A stretch of DNA of 63,815 nucleotides, the filler included, from Collodictyon triciliatum (Eukaryota), in NCBI GenBank assembly GCA_043381765.1. It is 24 parts of 24 records of this genome, joined end to end, with 100 filler letters (N's around TTAATTAATTAA, not from the genome) between each part and the next. Parts side by side here need not be neighbours in the genome. Positions count along the whole stretch, not along the records: positions 51,765 to 54,381 come from JBHJMP010008576.1; positions 54,482 to 57,171 come from JBHJMP010008577.1; positions 57,272 to 59,887 come from JBHJMP010008578.1; positions 59,988 to 62,602 come from JBHJMP010008579.1; positions 62,703 to 63,815 come from JBHJMP010008587.1; 19 more parts are not named here. One strand, given 5' to 3'. The notes beneath the pieces are model-generated. The model was not told the DNA's origin and made no database searches. It saw nothing but the letters and a program-made list of their open reading frames with translations. The position numbers and the translations under genes were made by a program. Shown here piece after piece: positions 52,934 to 63,815 of the stretch. The first letter of the stretch is position 1. The number at the start of each line of letters is the position of its first letter.

Positions 52934-52976
52934 TGTCGAAATTGAAACTATATATTATGGAGTTTCAATTTCGACA
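52934..52976. promoter_or_regulatory. Perfect 16-bp inverted repeat containing an AAATTGA motif
   Basis: TGTCGAAATTGAAACT / 11 nt / AGTTTCAATTTCGACA. The core TCGAAATTGAAAC recurs at 53435-53447. Regulatory role is inferred. Confidence 0.55.
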
Positions 52977-53483
52977 GCGTTCTTCTCAACCCGCCAAATT
53001 AAGCGCTTTATATACTGTCTCGCCCCTTGACCACAGAACATTACACCCTTAATTAACGAATACCTTCCATATGCGGCCGCCTTCCAACCTCAATCACCGG
53101 ACACCTTCCATATATATCCATCTTCCACCCTCACCCATGGAGTATTGATTGTCTATGCTAGTATGTGTTTTGTGACTTGTCTATGCTTGTATAAATGCAG
53201 GATATTTTCTCCACCCCCGCGCTGCCAACTTAGATACGCATATGCGTCCTGTATGTAGCGTAGTCTTTCTTGTATCAATGGTTTGCGCTCACGCTTGGAT
53301 CCGTTTTTTATGATATCACGTTTAGATTCTTCACCCCGTTCTATTGGAAGAGTTGTATCCTCATAAGTCTTCTTGTTCTTTTGTACTTCTTTACGATTCC
53401 CTCGACCCACCATACTCTACGCAACATATTCAAATCGAAATTGAAACGCGTTTGTTTAAAAAAATCATTATCATTTATTCAGT

Positions 53484-54065
53484 ATGCCGCCCCGCAAGTA
53501 TGTCCGCAAAACCCCCAGCGAAGACGACGCCAAGAAACCCAAGACCAAGACTGCCTTGCCTACCGACGACAAAGATTACACAAAAGTTCAATACAGTGAC
53601 CTCAAGAAAGGTGACTACATTATGTACGAGATGAAAGCTCGCACGTACAAAGACAAGGAATACCCAGCCAAAGTCAACCAAGGGTTTGTGTCTCTGATTC
53701 AGAATGAAGTCGGAGACGCTCTGTGGAAAGACCAAGACGGAAAAGTTCTGGGCATGACGAACTATGGCAAGTCATGGACAAACAACACAAAGGACATCGG
53801 CGACATTTACAGACAGAGTGATGAAGCTAACAAAGCCAAGCGAGAGAAAGGATTGAAAAAACATATGGACAATGCTCCTGCCCGTGCAGAGAAACGCAAG
53901 GTTGTAGCTAAGGTCGAAAAGATGCTTCAAGAAGAAGACAAGGACGAGGCGCAGAAGAGAGAGCAGAAGCCAGTCGAGCTTGTAGCCCTGGCCAAGGAGA
54001 TCAGTACTGAGATTAAAAAATCTAAGAAGCCTGCGAAGAAACCACGGTCATCTTCCGACGCTTGA
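53484..54065 (+). CDS. Hypothetical Lys-rich protein, 193 aa, intronless (possibly viral)
   Basis: Strong coding-like composition; a small SH3/Tudor-like-looking core (DLKKGDYIMY) between basic tails. Confidence 0.75.
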   Translation: MPPRKYVRKTPSEDDAKKPKTKTALPTDDKDYTKVQYSDLKKGDYIMYEMKARTYKDKEYPAKVNQGFVSLIQNEVGDALWKDQDGKVLGMTNYGKSWTNNTKDIGDIYRQSDEANKAKREKGLKKHMDNAPARAEKRKVVAKVEKMLQEEDKDEAQKREQKPVELVALAKEISTEIKKSKKPAKKPRSSSDA

Positions 54066-54381
54066 TCGGTTTGATTGGCTCCACGGTTATCGGTTTGCTT
54101 ACAGCTACCTCTTCCATAGGCTGCACCTGCAATAAAGCGCCTAAAATTCTTTTCAACTTATTAAAGTTTTTAGTTTGAAGCGTAGTCATTTTAGGGTTGT
54201 CTCCGTGCTTAGAAACAAACGCTTCATATGCTTCCTTGACTTTCGGTTCTAGCCTATCAAGCTCAGCTTGACGCCCTGGCTTGCTCGGAGCATTCTTGCC
54301 AGTGCGGTTTGTGAAATTTTTAGTGTCCGCTGTCCACACTTTCTTATCAAAGTCGGCGCGGGCATCCTGCACGTTCGAAGC
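54022..54381 (-). CDS. Hypothetical protein, 3' part, overlapping the convergent ORF by 44 nt
   Basis: Frame is open to the contig edge; intronless. Confidence 0.65.
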   Translation of the reverse strand, partial: ASNVQDARADFDKKVWTADTKNFTNRTGKNAPSKPGRQAELDRLEPKVKEAYEAFVSKHGDNPKMTTLQTKNFNKLKRILGALLQVQPMEEVAVSKPITVEPIKPIKRRKMTVVSSQAS

Positions 54382-54482
54382 NNNNNNNNNNNNNNNNNNN
54401 NNNNNNNNNNNNNNNNNNNNNNNNNTTAATTAATTAANNNNNNNNNNNNNNNNNNNNNNNNNNNNNNNNNNNNNNNNNNNNA

Positions 54483-55009
54483 CATAATTCATGCACGGTC
54501 GATTATGAACAATTTCGAAAATATGTGTCTATGAAATCAAGATACCAGATAGAATTATCCACATTTTATGAACAAGTAACTTTTTGAAAGATGAGATGGA
54601 GACAGTATGTTAATACAAAAAGAAGTGAACAGTTGTTTATGAACTGAATCGATAAGGCATTTGGCAAGGATTTTGTACTGGCGTATGGAGACTGGAGCAG
54701 AAAATCCCCGATGAACCATTTTATGCCAACAATCGGAAGAGGATTACGAAAAATGCTATCCAAACGTTTTGAAACAGTTAGTGCAGATGAATTTAGAACC
54801 TCCAAGATGTGCTGCAACTGCGAAAAAGAACTGGAATATGTAACACTGAAAGGGAGTTCAAAAAAGTGTATAGATATCTGGTATGTAAAGAATGCAATCG
54901 CTCAGAAAGCAAACGAACTGTATTCTTGACAAGGGAGTTTAACAGCGCTCAAAATATACTCAAGAAGGTTCTTTTAATCCTTCAAAAAAATGCATGCACC
55001 TTCCTTTAA
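54483..55009 (+). pseudogene. Fanzor1 (eukaryotic TnpB-like RNA-guided RuvC nuclease), C-terminal half, inactivated
   Basis: TFYEQVTF*KMRWRQY..LFMN*I..LAYGDWS..MPTIGRGLRKML..ADEFRTSKMCCNC [frameshift ~54855-54866] YLVCKEC..TREFNSAQNI. Shows the GDWS, DExxTS, two CxxC and RDxNxAxNI-type motifs. Stops at 54585 and 54645. Confidence 0.88.
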
Positions 55010-55015
55010 AAAAAC

Positions 55016-55137
55016 AGGCTGTCGGGTCTTTCCTGGCAGCCTTCACTACTACACAATCTTTGTGAAAAAAATGGTGAGACCTTGGATACTAGCGCACCAG
55101 GTTAACCAATCGAAAGATGGTATGTCCCTTCTAGTAT
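55016..55137 (+). ncRNA. Putative Fanzor omegaRNA scaffold / element right end
   Basis: Four consecutive hairpins start 6 nt after the ORF stop. The loop ATACTAG (55086-55092) is complementary to CTAGTAT (55131-55137). Confidence 0.65.
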
Positions 55138-55299
55138 AACATAAACGATTGATATGAATGCTCAATTTCATTGATAATAACTAACAATACAAGAATCTCA
55201 TGCAAATAAGAAGTGATTCGTGGAATTAAACCCTCTTCCTTTTCTTGAATCGAATAAAGGGAAAAAAGGAATGGCTCATGGACGAGATAATGGAACCTC

Positions 55300-56787
55300 C
55301 TTCCTCGCCCCAGATTGTGTGGTTGGAGTTTTTGTTTTGGGTGGAAAGAAAAAGAAAAAGAAAAAGAAAAAGCAAGATAGAAAGGAGAGAAAATTTCTCA
55401 CACGCAGCCTATTCTACCCGAGGTGATTCAGCTCCAACGCGATTTCTGGTTGTATTCGAGACTGACAGAAGAGCGGATAAAGTTGTCGGGTCGATGAAAG
55501 TACGCACATGGCAGTTACTTCTCAAATCGATTCCGACGAGTCCTTTCAACCGTCTATCTCAGACAGGGTTTACATCCTATTTCATTCCACAGGATGAGTC
55601 TTTTGAGGGGACAACGGGTCAATTTCCTTGCGTTTCTTGCTGGGAGATTCAGACAGAAAGCGATACATCATTGTTTCTCTGGTATTATCGGAAGTGGCGC
55701 TTGACCGTCCCCTGGCATCGGGACCATGCGTAGTAAGCAGTGGACTTTGCTTAACCGGAGTATGGATACGCGTTTGTGGTTTTAGAAACATACGCTCCTG
55801 CTTGCTCGGACTGTTTTTGGTGTGTGAAGTTCCAAGCTTGGATTCGGCTTGTGCTGATTGCTCTTGCTCCTTGGTTCTCGGTGCGACGGGCTGGGAAGAG
55901 TAAACGGACTATCTTTGGTGGGCGCTGGTTCTTGTGTTGCCTTCGATTTGGAGTATCCTTTCGGATAAGTAACGAAGACTGCCTTGATGTCTCCTGTGTT
56001 GACCATATTCACATCAGTCTGAATGGGTAGTTTAAGGGGGTATTTCTTTCGGGGTTTGGAGATGTGCTGCTCTTGGGTCTTGCGATGTGCGTGCTTGCCC
56101 GGTGTTGGCGGTGGAGGGCTCGAGTGCGAGGATTCTGAAGAGGAACCGAGATTTCCTTCTATGTCATCGTCGCTGTCGCTGTATGCGCGTATCTGCTGTG
56201 AGTCTTGCGGACTCAGTTGTTGCCTGGCCTTGGCTTCCTTGACCCGTTTCTGCTTGTCTGCTTGGCGGGTGTATTCTTTTGCGGGGCTTTTACTTGTCGT
56301 TTGTTGTTTGCGGCTGGCGGACGCTCTTTGAGGATGCGCTTTGGACACTTTTTGCCCATAACCGTAAACTTTGCAGGAAGCTGGTTCTTTTGACAAAGAA
56401 GCTTCACCACGGACGTGTCTGTGAAGGAGCCTTCGTCTTTTTTTATCTCCACGTGGGTCGGTCTGAACGGCTTCAGCTCCTCACGAAGGAGTTGCGGCCA
56501 TACGTCCAGCGGTAGTTGGTAGATCATCACCGAGGTCTCTGTTGGTTTACTTCTGCTGAAGCTGATCATAATATCAATCAGACCTACCTGCTTCAGTTCC
56601 AGAAGCTTTCGGGCGTTATCTGCGGTGCGGAAGGCGATCAGGAAAAGGCCTTTTCTGTCCGGTAAGCGCAATTGGATGGACTCTTCCCAAAGTTTGTTCG
56701 CTTTCAAGAAGGAGGCGAGCACATCTGTGAGCCTGCGGGCCTTGTTCTTGTTGTAGACGAATAACTCGACATTATGCAGGCGGCTTT
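55300..56787 (-). mobile_element. Dispersed repeat X, copy 3 (5'-truncated)
   Basis: Aligns to 33395-34905. Similarity stops abruptly at ~56787, with a short internal deletion between TGCA microhomologies near 56775. Confidence 0.85.
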
Positions 56788-59347
56788 ATAGATTTATCTT
56801 CGACTCATGTCTTTCACCACACACTGAGATTTGGAGATAAATAATCTGGTGTCTTAAAAGATTATTGGCTGTAATGAATTCCAGCGCAATTAAAATGCTT
56901 AATAATATTTGTAAGAACCTACTATACATAGAATCCTATCTGTAGTATGATAACGATAATTGTTATCAATATATTAAGATTCCATATATGTATAATTCAA
57001 CCGTTCCCAAATGTGGACATTATTCAATGTATTATCCCTCTTCCAAATGAACCACACGACACATGCTACAAATCAAAAACAAAAGCAAAAACAAAAGCAA
57101 AAACAAAAACAAAAACAAAAACAAAAACAAAAACAAAAACAAAAACAAAAACAAAAACAAAAACAAAAACANNNNNNNNNNNNNNNNNNNNNNNNNNNNN
57201 NNNNNNNNNNNNNNNTTAATTAATTAANNNNNNNNNNNNNNNNNNNNNNNNNNNNNNNNNNNNNNNNNNNNATTTTGGTTTTTGGTTTGTTTTTCCTTAT
57301 GTTTTTTTTATCAACCAGCGCTGGCTGACGACAAGAAAGAGCGGGAAACTTCCGTTTGAATCAGTGGTGACATTTTCATGTTTTATTTGATATCGCGCCA
57401 GTTAATGCAGCATCTTTAGTCCCGCAGGATGTGTACTGTAGAACGCATTCACCAGTTTTCGGTTGCAAAGGACGCACACAGTCGCATCTTTGATTGTGAT
57501 ATATTTATTTATATTTGTATAAACTAAAAATTATGAAAGATTTTTGTATTACAACATCTTTCGTATTGGTATCACTTCCTTTTGAGGCGTATTTATGTTA
57601 TTTTGTGAATGGGTAAATGAGTTGAAGAAGGTACTTTGTGGGTTGGTGTCACGGTGGATGTTTGCATTGGATTCATGCACACCACTTCACAAACTCGCAA
57701 GGCACTAGCATGCAATATTATTTCGAATAAACTTTTGACACGAGTGCGCTCATTTCAATTATTTTGCATCTTCCATCTGCAACCGCTCCATCTTCATACA
57801 TGGTGCACATGAATTTCAAGTGCTTATCGGCATTTATCACTACATTGTTGTCTCCTTGCTGTTTATTGAAGCTTTCTTTTGGAGTCATCTGAATTTCACA
57901 AGAACGAAACACTTGGCATATAATTAAGTGCGTATTCCAATAGATTCTCAAATAGCTGTTCTGCAACTATTTAATGCAACGCCGCAGAAGGAAAACGAAT
58001 TATTTGGCACCGGTCAACTTTTCACTTTTCTTTTTATATCAGGAAATTGTAATTAAAGGATTGAGCCAAGAAAATCTTCCCGTCCCTTTAGAAGATAAGA
58101 GTAATTTGCATTAATCATTTATTCATCCATTATAAATTTTTCATAATATATATATCTAAGTTGCAAATAAATTCATTCTCACTTATAAGCATTTATGTTT
58201 TTATATTGTTTTTCTTACTCATATGGCCGTATTTTCCATGACTTGTCATCAAGCTCTCAATCATGCCAAAATTACGCCCGACTGAAAAATCCCCAAGCTT
58301 AATTTTCATCTTTCTATCAGATAGCATGTTCGAAGAGACCAAAGACCTCAGGTAATGCGTGATACCGCTCTACTTCATTTATGTCGAGCCATAACAAATA
58401 TTACAAAATTGGGAGGGCTGCTACTCCCTTGATGATATTCGCCAATAAATTTCTAATGTATATATATATATATATATTAAAGGTTATTAGTCGTGTGCAC
58501 TAAAATTTTCCTTATCAAATTTGTTTCCTTCATATCAATCATGCCTCAACAAAGCCCTTATCCTCGCATCCAGGATGCTCTATGCTGCTCTAGGTATTTT
58601 TTTTTTATTTCAATACGGATTTCCTTGTTATACCCTCCTGTTCACTATATCCACACAATGATGCTCAACCCCGTCCTCAGATTTCACACGCCATTCACCA
58701 GCTATATCGACTTTACTTTTGTGTAATGGCAAATCTTCTGCACTTATTATTTTAACTATTATTGGCCCAAGTGAAGGAAACCATGAAGCCACGCAACATT
58801 TTACATCAGGAGTTGTGTGATAAACTCCGTCTTTATTTTTTGGGGTTGGTGACAAATCCTATAAAAGAGAGACTTAGAGTTTCAGTTCGGTGGGTGTTAA
58901 GAAAGGATGCAACATCGACAAGGAAAAGCTGCTCCTCGTTCTCAAGGTGCTTTGTTTTGATGCCCAGTGGTCCGTAAAATGAGATGTTTTTTGTTTTTAT
59001 ATTTTTATTTGAAATAGCGACTTAAGCATAGTGCCTTGATTGTTTTTTGTTTTTTGTTTTTTGTTTTCTATTAGCAAATCGATGTCAGCTGAGCTTTGTG
59101 TGATTTTGTTGCACAGGACATCGAGTCGTTGCCTCTATCCCACAAGCAGATCTTGCAAGAGCACACTTGTTTTATCAAAACAATATGCCGTGAAGCATAG
59201 AGCCGGCTCGTTGGTTATGATGGCGATAATAAAGGATGCAGAGTATGAAAAAGCATGAAAAAGTAAAAAGAAAAAACACGAAAAGAGTAGGAAGCAATAG
59301 AGTATATGGATTATGTACCATGTGATTTCCTAGTTCCATAGGTGAGC

Positions 59348-59419
59348 GGCTTAAAAGTCTAGTGGTATGATTCTCGCTTTGGGTGCGAGAGGTCCCGGGT
59401 TCAATTCCCGGTTGAGCCC
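59348..59419 (+). tRNA. tRNA-Pro (TGG), with non-canonical A8
   Basis: GGCTTAA-AA-GTCTAGTGGTATGAT-T-CTCGC-TTTGGGT-GCGAG-AGGTC-CCGGG-TTCAATT-CCCGG-TTGAGCC-C, followed by a T5 Pol III terminator. Confidence 0.9.
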
Positions 59420-59656
59420 ACATACTTTTTGTTCTCTCCGCTCTCATGTCCACAAACCCTCTTTTTGCGCCTCTCGAGTCCTGTTCTATTGAGCAGTCCG
59501 CAAAATGCTTTTATGCGATTTGTTGAGCGACCTTTCTGTTACTTATCTGCATTTTCCTTTTGTTCTTTTAATCGGTTCTTGTGATAAAGTCAATCTTCTA
59601 TATCGCTTGTTGTGACACCACCCTTTGTTGTTCTCCCTTGTATTTCACCCACACAC

Positions 59657-59887
59657 CTAGTCTAGCTCCGGCCTCTCTCCTCCGGGCTCACCCATAAAAC
59701 TTTCGAGTGTTATGATTCGGTTGCAACCAATGTCCAAGTATCTGAGGTTTGAAAGAGAGAGTATGTTCTTGGGTAAGCTCCTTAGTCTATTCCATGACAG
59801 GTCGAGCTCTTCCAGGCACCGCATCTCTGTAACCACCTCTGGTAAGAATGAGAACCGACAACGGCTCAAGCAAATACAAGAAAGATT
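59657..59887 (-). CDS. LRR protein fragment
   Basis: LPEVVTEMRCLEELDLSWNRLRSLPKNILSLSNLRYLDIGCNRI. Confidence 0.8.
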   Translation of the reverse strand, partial: NLSCICLSRCRFSFLPEVVTEMRCLEELDLSWNRLRSLPKNILSLSNLRYLDIGCNRIITLESFMGEPGGERPELD

Positions 59888-60114
59888 NNNNNNNNNNNNN
59901 NNNNNNNNNNNNNNNNNNNNNNNNNNNNNNNTTAATTAATTAANNNNNNNNNNNNNNNNNNNNNNNNNNNNNNNNNNNNNNNNNNNNACACCAAAACACC
60001 AAAACACCAAAACACCAAAACACCAAAACACCAAAACACCAAAACACCAAAACACCAAAACACCAAAACACCAAAACACCAAAACAGCAAGACGAAAAGG
60101 AACCCAGCCAGCAA

Positions 60115-61829
60115 ATGCCCGAGCACATCCCCGGCCTTGCCTTGCGCCTGGCGCATGCCCTTGCCACATACACGCTCGTTGCCGCACTCGTGGCCCTCAC
60201 AGGAGCACAAACACTGTCGCCAAAGCCCGCCCAGCAATTCTGCGTCGATCCGCACTGCCTGCCAGTGAGCAAAGAATGGAACGGACTGACAGGCTCGGCC
60301 GTCTCGCTGCGAGGTGGATACGCGCTTGTCGGGAGTCCAAAGTCAGTCGAGACACTGTCCACAGGGATTGTGTATCTGTACGGCGTGCGGGACCGCAACA
60401 AGCCGACGCCCGGGTCGTTGTGGATGTCAAAGAACACCATCATCCAAGGCAGCATGGCCATCAACGCGTTTGGCAAGTCTGTCAGTCTTGTGGACGGCCC
60501 GACCATGATTGCTGTGATTGGCGCGCCAAGGGCTCCGCAGCAGAACAGCATTGTGCCGACCGGGGCCGTCTTTTACGTGCTTCAATCGCTCGTCACGTTC
60601 TACACAGTACAAGTGGCCGACGGAAACCCCGTGCGTGGCGGAGAAACAGGGTGTCTGGTCGGGACCACACAAAAGCTTGTTGGGTATGTCTCATGCGGGC
60701 TGGGGACCGTCTCCATTGTGCGTGTGGATTATCTCTCCACCTCCGGTCCATATGCAGGGGCTGGCAAGCTTCTGGCCACGACCTCGTATCCTTTGTCCCG
60801 CGGTAAGATTCGTTCGTTCGGCATCACAGATTCGCGCTTTGTGGTGGGGATTAGTGCTTCGGGGCTCGCGCTTGTGGGCTCCTTTGACATAAAGGCGCCG
60901 GTGGTCGAGATAAAGTCGACCTATCTGCAGTGGCCTGCTCTCCTGGATGATGAGAAAAATAACCGAAACACCTCGCTCTTTGGGTACTCGTCCGCCATCA
61001 CAAGGACCTATGTTGCGGTCGGGGCTCCAGGATACAATTCAAGATGCGGCGCAGTTGTCTTGTATGATGCTGCTAGCCTTGACATCTCGGCGATTCTCCA
61101 TCCGCCTGGCTTTGAGGAATTCCGGTTCTTTGGAGCGGCCGTGGCGCTTTATGGTCCATTCATCGGGGTTGGTGCCACTGGCTGTGGCGAGATGTTTCTG
61201 CGCTGTCTCAGCGGCAAGGCTTACTTGTTTCATGTGAACGGCACGCTGCTATCCACTTTCCAGCCCATCGATGCAGTAATCGGGGACAACTTTGGAGTGG
61301 CTATGGAAATCACACACAATTACGCTATTGTGGGTGCTGACAGGTTCTATGGAGACAGAACAGGATTTGGGTTTGTGTTTCCTGCGTCCTCGGGCTCCTG
61401 GGATGGATTCTATGTTCCTGTGACAGAGTCAAAGTCGTTCTCGCGCTTAAAGAGTCGCTCGCGTTCGAGAAGCCAATCGGCCTCACATGGGAACATTATT
61501 TCGAGCCAGGCAAATCAAGGTATGGAACAGTTCTACCCACTGCAGAACAACTGAAGAGGGAAGAAAAGAAGATGAAAGAAATCTATTTCAGCATACTCGT
61601 ACATTTTATCAACACCAACTTAAGGCCTTTTATTATTATTATTATTCTATCTTTTTTATCTATAGAAAAATCCAGCTTCCCGGTGGTCGTGATTGCTTCA
61701 GTTTGTGGGGTCGTTGGTGCATTGACATTTCTTATGCTATTGTGGGTGTTGAAAAAGAAAAGACTGGTTAACTCAGTCAGCCCATACGAGCAGGAAACCG
61801 ATGTGGAAAAACAAATCAGTATCAAATAA
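60115..61829 (+). CDS. Type I membrane protein with FG-GAP beta-propeller repeats, 2 exons
   Basis: Signal peptide; FGKSVS..VIGAP, FGYSSA..VAVGAPG..GAVVLY, FGAAVA..VGA..GKAYLF, FGVAM..IVGA. A probable intron (~61520-61664) joins to a TM helix (VVVIASVCGVVGALTFLMLLWVL) and a KKKR tail. Confidence 0.85.
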
Positions 61830-62505
61830 GCTACACATAGTGCTCTTATAATTACTGTTCCATACTGAAACACCCTGTGTGTTTCTTTCTTTCTTTTAAA
61901 TGTGGTTAATCAATCTTATTGGAAAAAGAAAGAAAGAAGGAAGAGAGAACAAGGTTCTATGATTCGCCCTTTCGTTATATATATTTTAAACCAAATCCCC
62001 TAGGACGTTTATTTAGTGAATAAACACAGACAATAATAACACCTTCATCCTCGAGATTAAAGTCCTTTTTTTACGACAATATCTACAATCATAAAATTTT
62101 CTTCCGTATTTACCGTATATATTTGTCCATTATGATCAGCCTTTGGGCACAAGGCAGATAACGAAACATGTGATATTTTCCGTCTTTGAAACGCTTTTCA
62201 TCCTCCTTATCATCATAAAATAATTCAAATGGATAAACTAGTTGGTTTTCCCTCATTTAATTAATTTACCATTGCTGTATCATACATGTGTTAGAGATTT
62301 CAAAAAGTAAGATTATGTCATATATGTCCTTTGCTGGGGTGGGAGAAACAAGCTATGTTGTTTGCCAGCGGGTGGTGTGTCCCATCGTTGCACCGCTCCT
62401 GGAAGGCTTCCATTCGGTGATTATCGAGCCAAGGTATCGATGGAATCTCAAACCCGATGAAGAGAAGCGTGATTGTAGTGAAATCAATCAATCAATCAAT
62501 CAATC

Positions 62506-62601
<96 letters not shown>

Positions 62602-63419
62602 ANNNNNNNNNNNNNNNNNNNNNNNNNNNNNNNNNNNNNNNNNNNNTTAATTAATTAANNNNNNNNNNNNNNNNNNNNNNNNNNNNNNNNNNNNNNNNNN
62701 NNGAGATTGTTTATTTTTTAGTTCGGGGGTGCGGGGGGGGGGGGGGGGGGGGGGGCTGTGATTACGCACCAATCCAGCTAGCCAGGGGAACTCGAATTGT
62801 GCTGTCTCAACACCCCCAACAATTCTCTTTGTAGGTGCTTTGTTTTCAACGATATCAACTAAGGTAAGGGTTTAAATTCGTAAAGACATACACAGAGGAA
62901 TAACATGCAAGGTAGTCATGCAGCAGCACCATGCAGGAGAGACAAAGACAAAGGCGATTCCCGCCAAGAGTTTAAACTAGACGACAATATATTAGAGCAA
63001 AAGCGTGAAGAAACCTGTTTCTGCAGTGACGAGCGCATAGCAATTGAGTGTCGCAAGAAACACCACGAAAATAGATGTGATAGCCCTCATTTCCTGAAAG
63101 TCATATAGCAGGAGTTTCGATCGTTTTGAGGTTAATTATTTTATTATTGTTTTTTGGGTTCAAAAATACTTGTCTCCAACAAAGAGAAAAGAAAACAAAT
63201 GAAGTGGTAACTTTAGAAGAGAAAATGAGCCAGTTGCAGCAGCACTGATCGAAGTGGATTATTGTTCCAGTCCAGTTCTCATGATACTTTTCCCGGCCGC
63301 AAACTTGTGGCATGGCTCTCAGTCTCGTTGGCAATGGCTTGGTTTTTGTTGCGCTGTTGTCTTCTATAAGGCCTCCGCTCGGGGGGCGCAACCTTATCTA
63401 AATATGCCTTTGATCGTGG

Positions 63420-63500
63420 CGGGCTGCGTTGGCAAAACAACGCTTGTCCGTCGTGTCCAAAAGGAGATAATCCACGGCCTATCCATTTCTGGATTTTATT
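63420..63500 (+). CDS. Possible NTPase_1 (NTPCR/THEP1-like) fragment
   Basis: GCVGKTTLVRRV..GLSISGFY resembles the family N-terminus; the rest of the gene is not recognisable. Confidence 0.3.
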
Positions 63501-63815
63501 TATGCTATTTTCTCAAGCTGCTCAGCCCGCGATTGGTCTTTTGGGCGGCTGATATTTATGGATGCTTATCATGAAGGGGCACATCTATGGATTCACCCAT
63601 GGAGCGCATCTTATCTCGCTGAAGCACCTACCATAATGCCTGCGAGTGACACGGATGACATGGGTCTAGGAATAAACGGTTTTCTCTTGTGCAGTTACAG
63701 TATACATGGGCGCAAGCACCTGTGATGCGAGTTTGAAACGGTAGACTTTGGTTACATCTCTTTTTGACTGAAAGCACGAAAGCCTACTACTTCTGACGAG
63801 AACCACATTCTTTTC

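Noticed and set aside
54585-54647. TGA reassignment or readthrough in the Fanzor ORF
   Set aside because: Host genes end in TGA (29095-29097, 50873-50875), the positions fit CGA>TGA mutation, and a frameshift is also present.
53484-55140. Fanzor as cargo of the virus-like contig
   Set aside because: A spacer at 54382-54481 separates them; no linkage can be inferred.
62733-62755. Poly-G tract as a G-quadruplex element
   Set aside because: A homopolymer near a contig end; it may be a sequencing artefact and has no supporting context.

Overview
This window is not one locus. It is 24 unrelated short contigs of about 2.6 kb, roughly sorted by decreasing length and joined by an artificial 100-nt N...TTAATTAATTAA...N spacer, so adjacency across a spacer carries no biological meaning. 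Most contigs are fragments of an AT-rich, intron-rich, microsatellite-laden microbial eukaryote, probably flagellated (SPEF1, KATNIP) and with ordinary mitochondria (TIM21). Host genes include three kinases, a WD40 protein, Kelch proteins, a BTB-BACK protein, WS/DGAT, alpha-carbonic anhydrase, PDXK, PLPBP, an FG-GAP membrane protein, LRR proteins and tRNA-Pro. Four non-host signals stand out. (1) Two intronless contigs (10900-13586 and 35457-38075) come from two variants of a Polinton-like virus/virophage-type element, with an A32-like packaging ATPase, a penton-like minor capsid protein and a phage-like fibre that has a conserved N-terminal anchor and a divergent body; a third compact intronless contig (51765-54381) is possibly viral. 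(2) A decayed Fanzor1 (eukaryotic TnpB) is followed directly by a four-hairpin, pseudoknot-capable putative omegaRNA ending at CTAG. (3) Three copies of an ORF1-only LINE-like repeat show CpG-type decay. (4) An LRR gene has 69-nt repeats with a near-invariant backbone and hypervariable binding-face codons. All family assignments come from motif recognition by eye, with no database searches, and exon boundaries are approximate.
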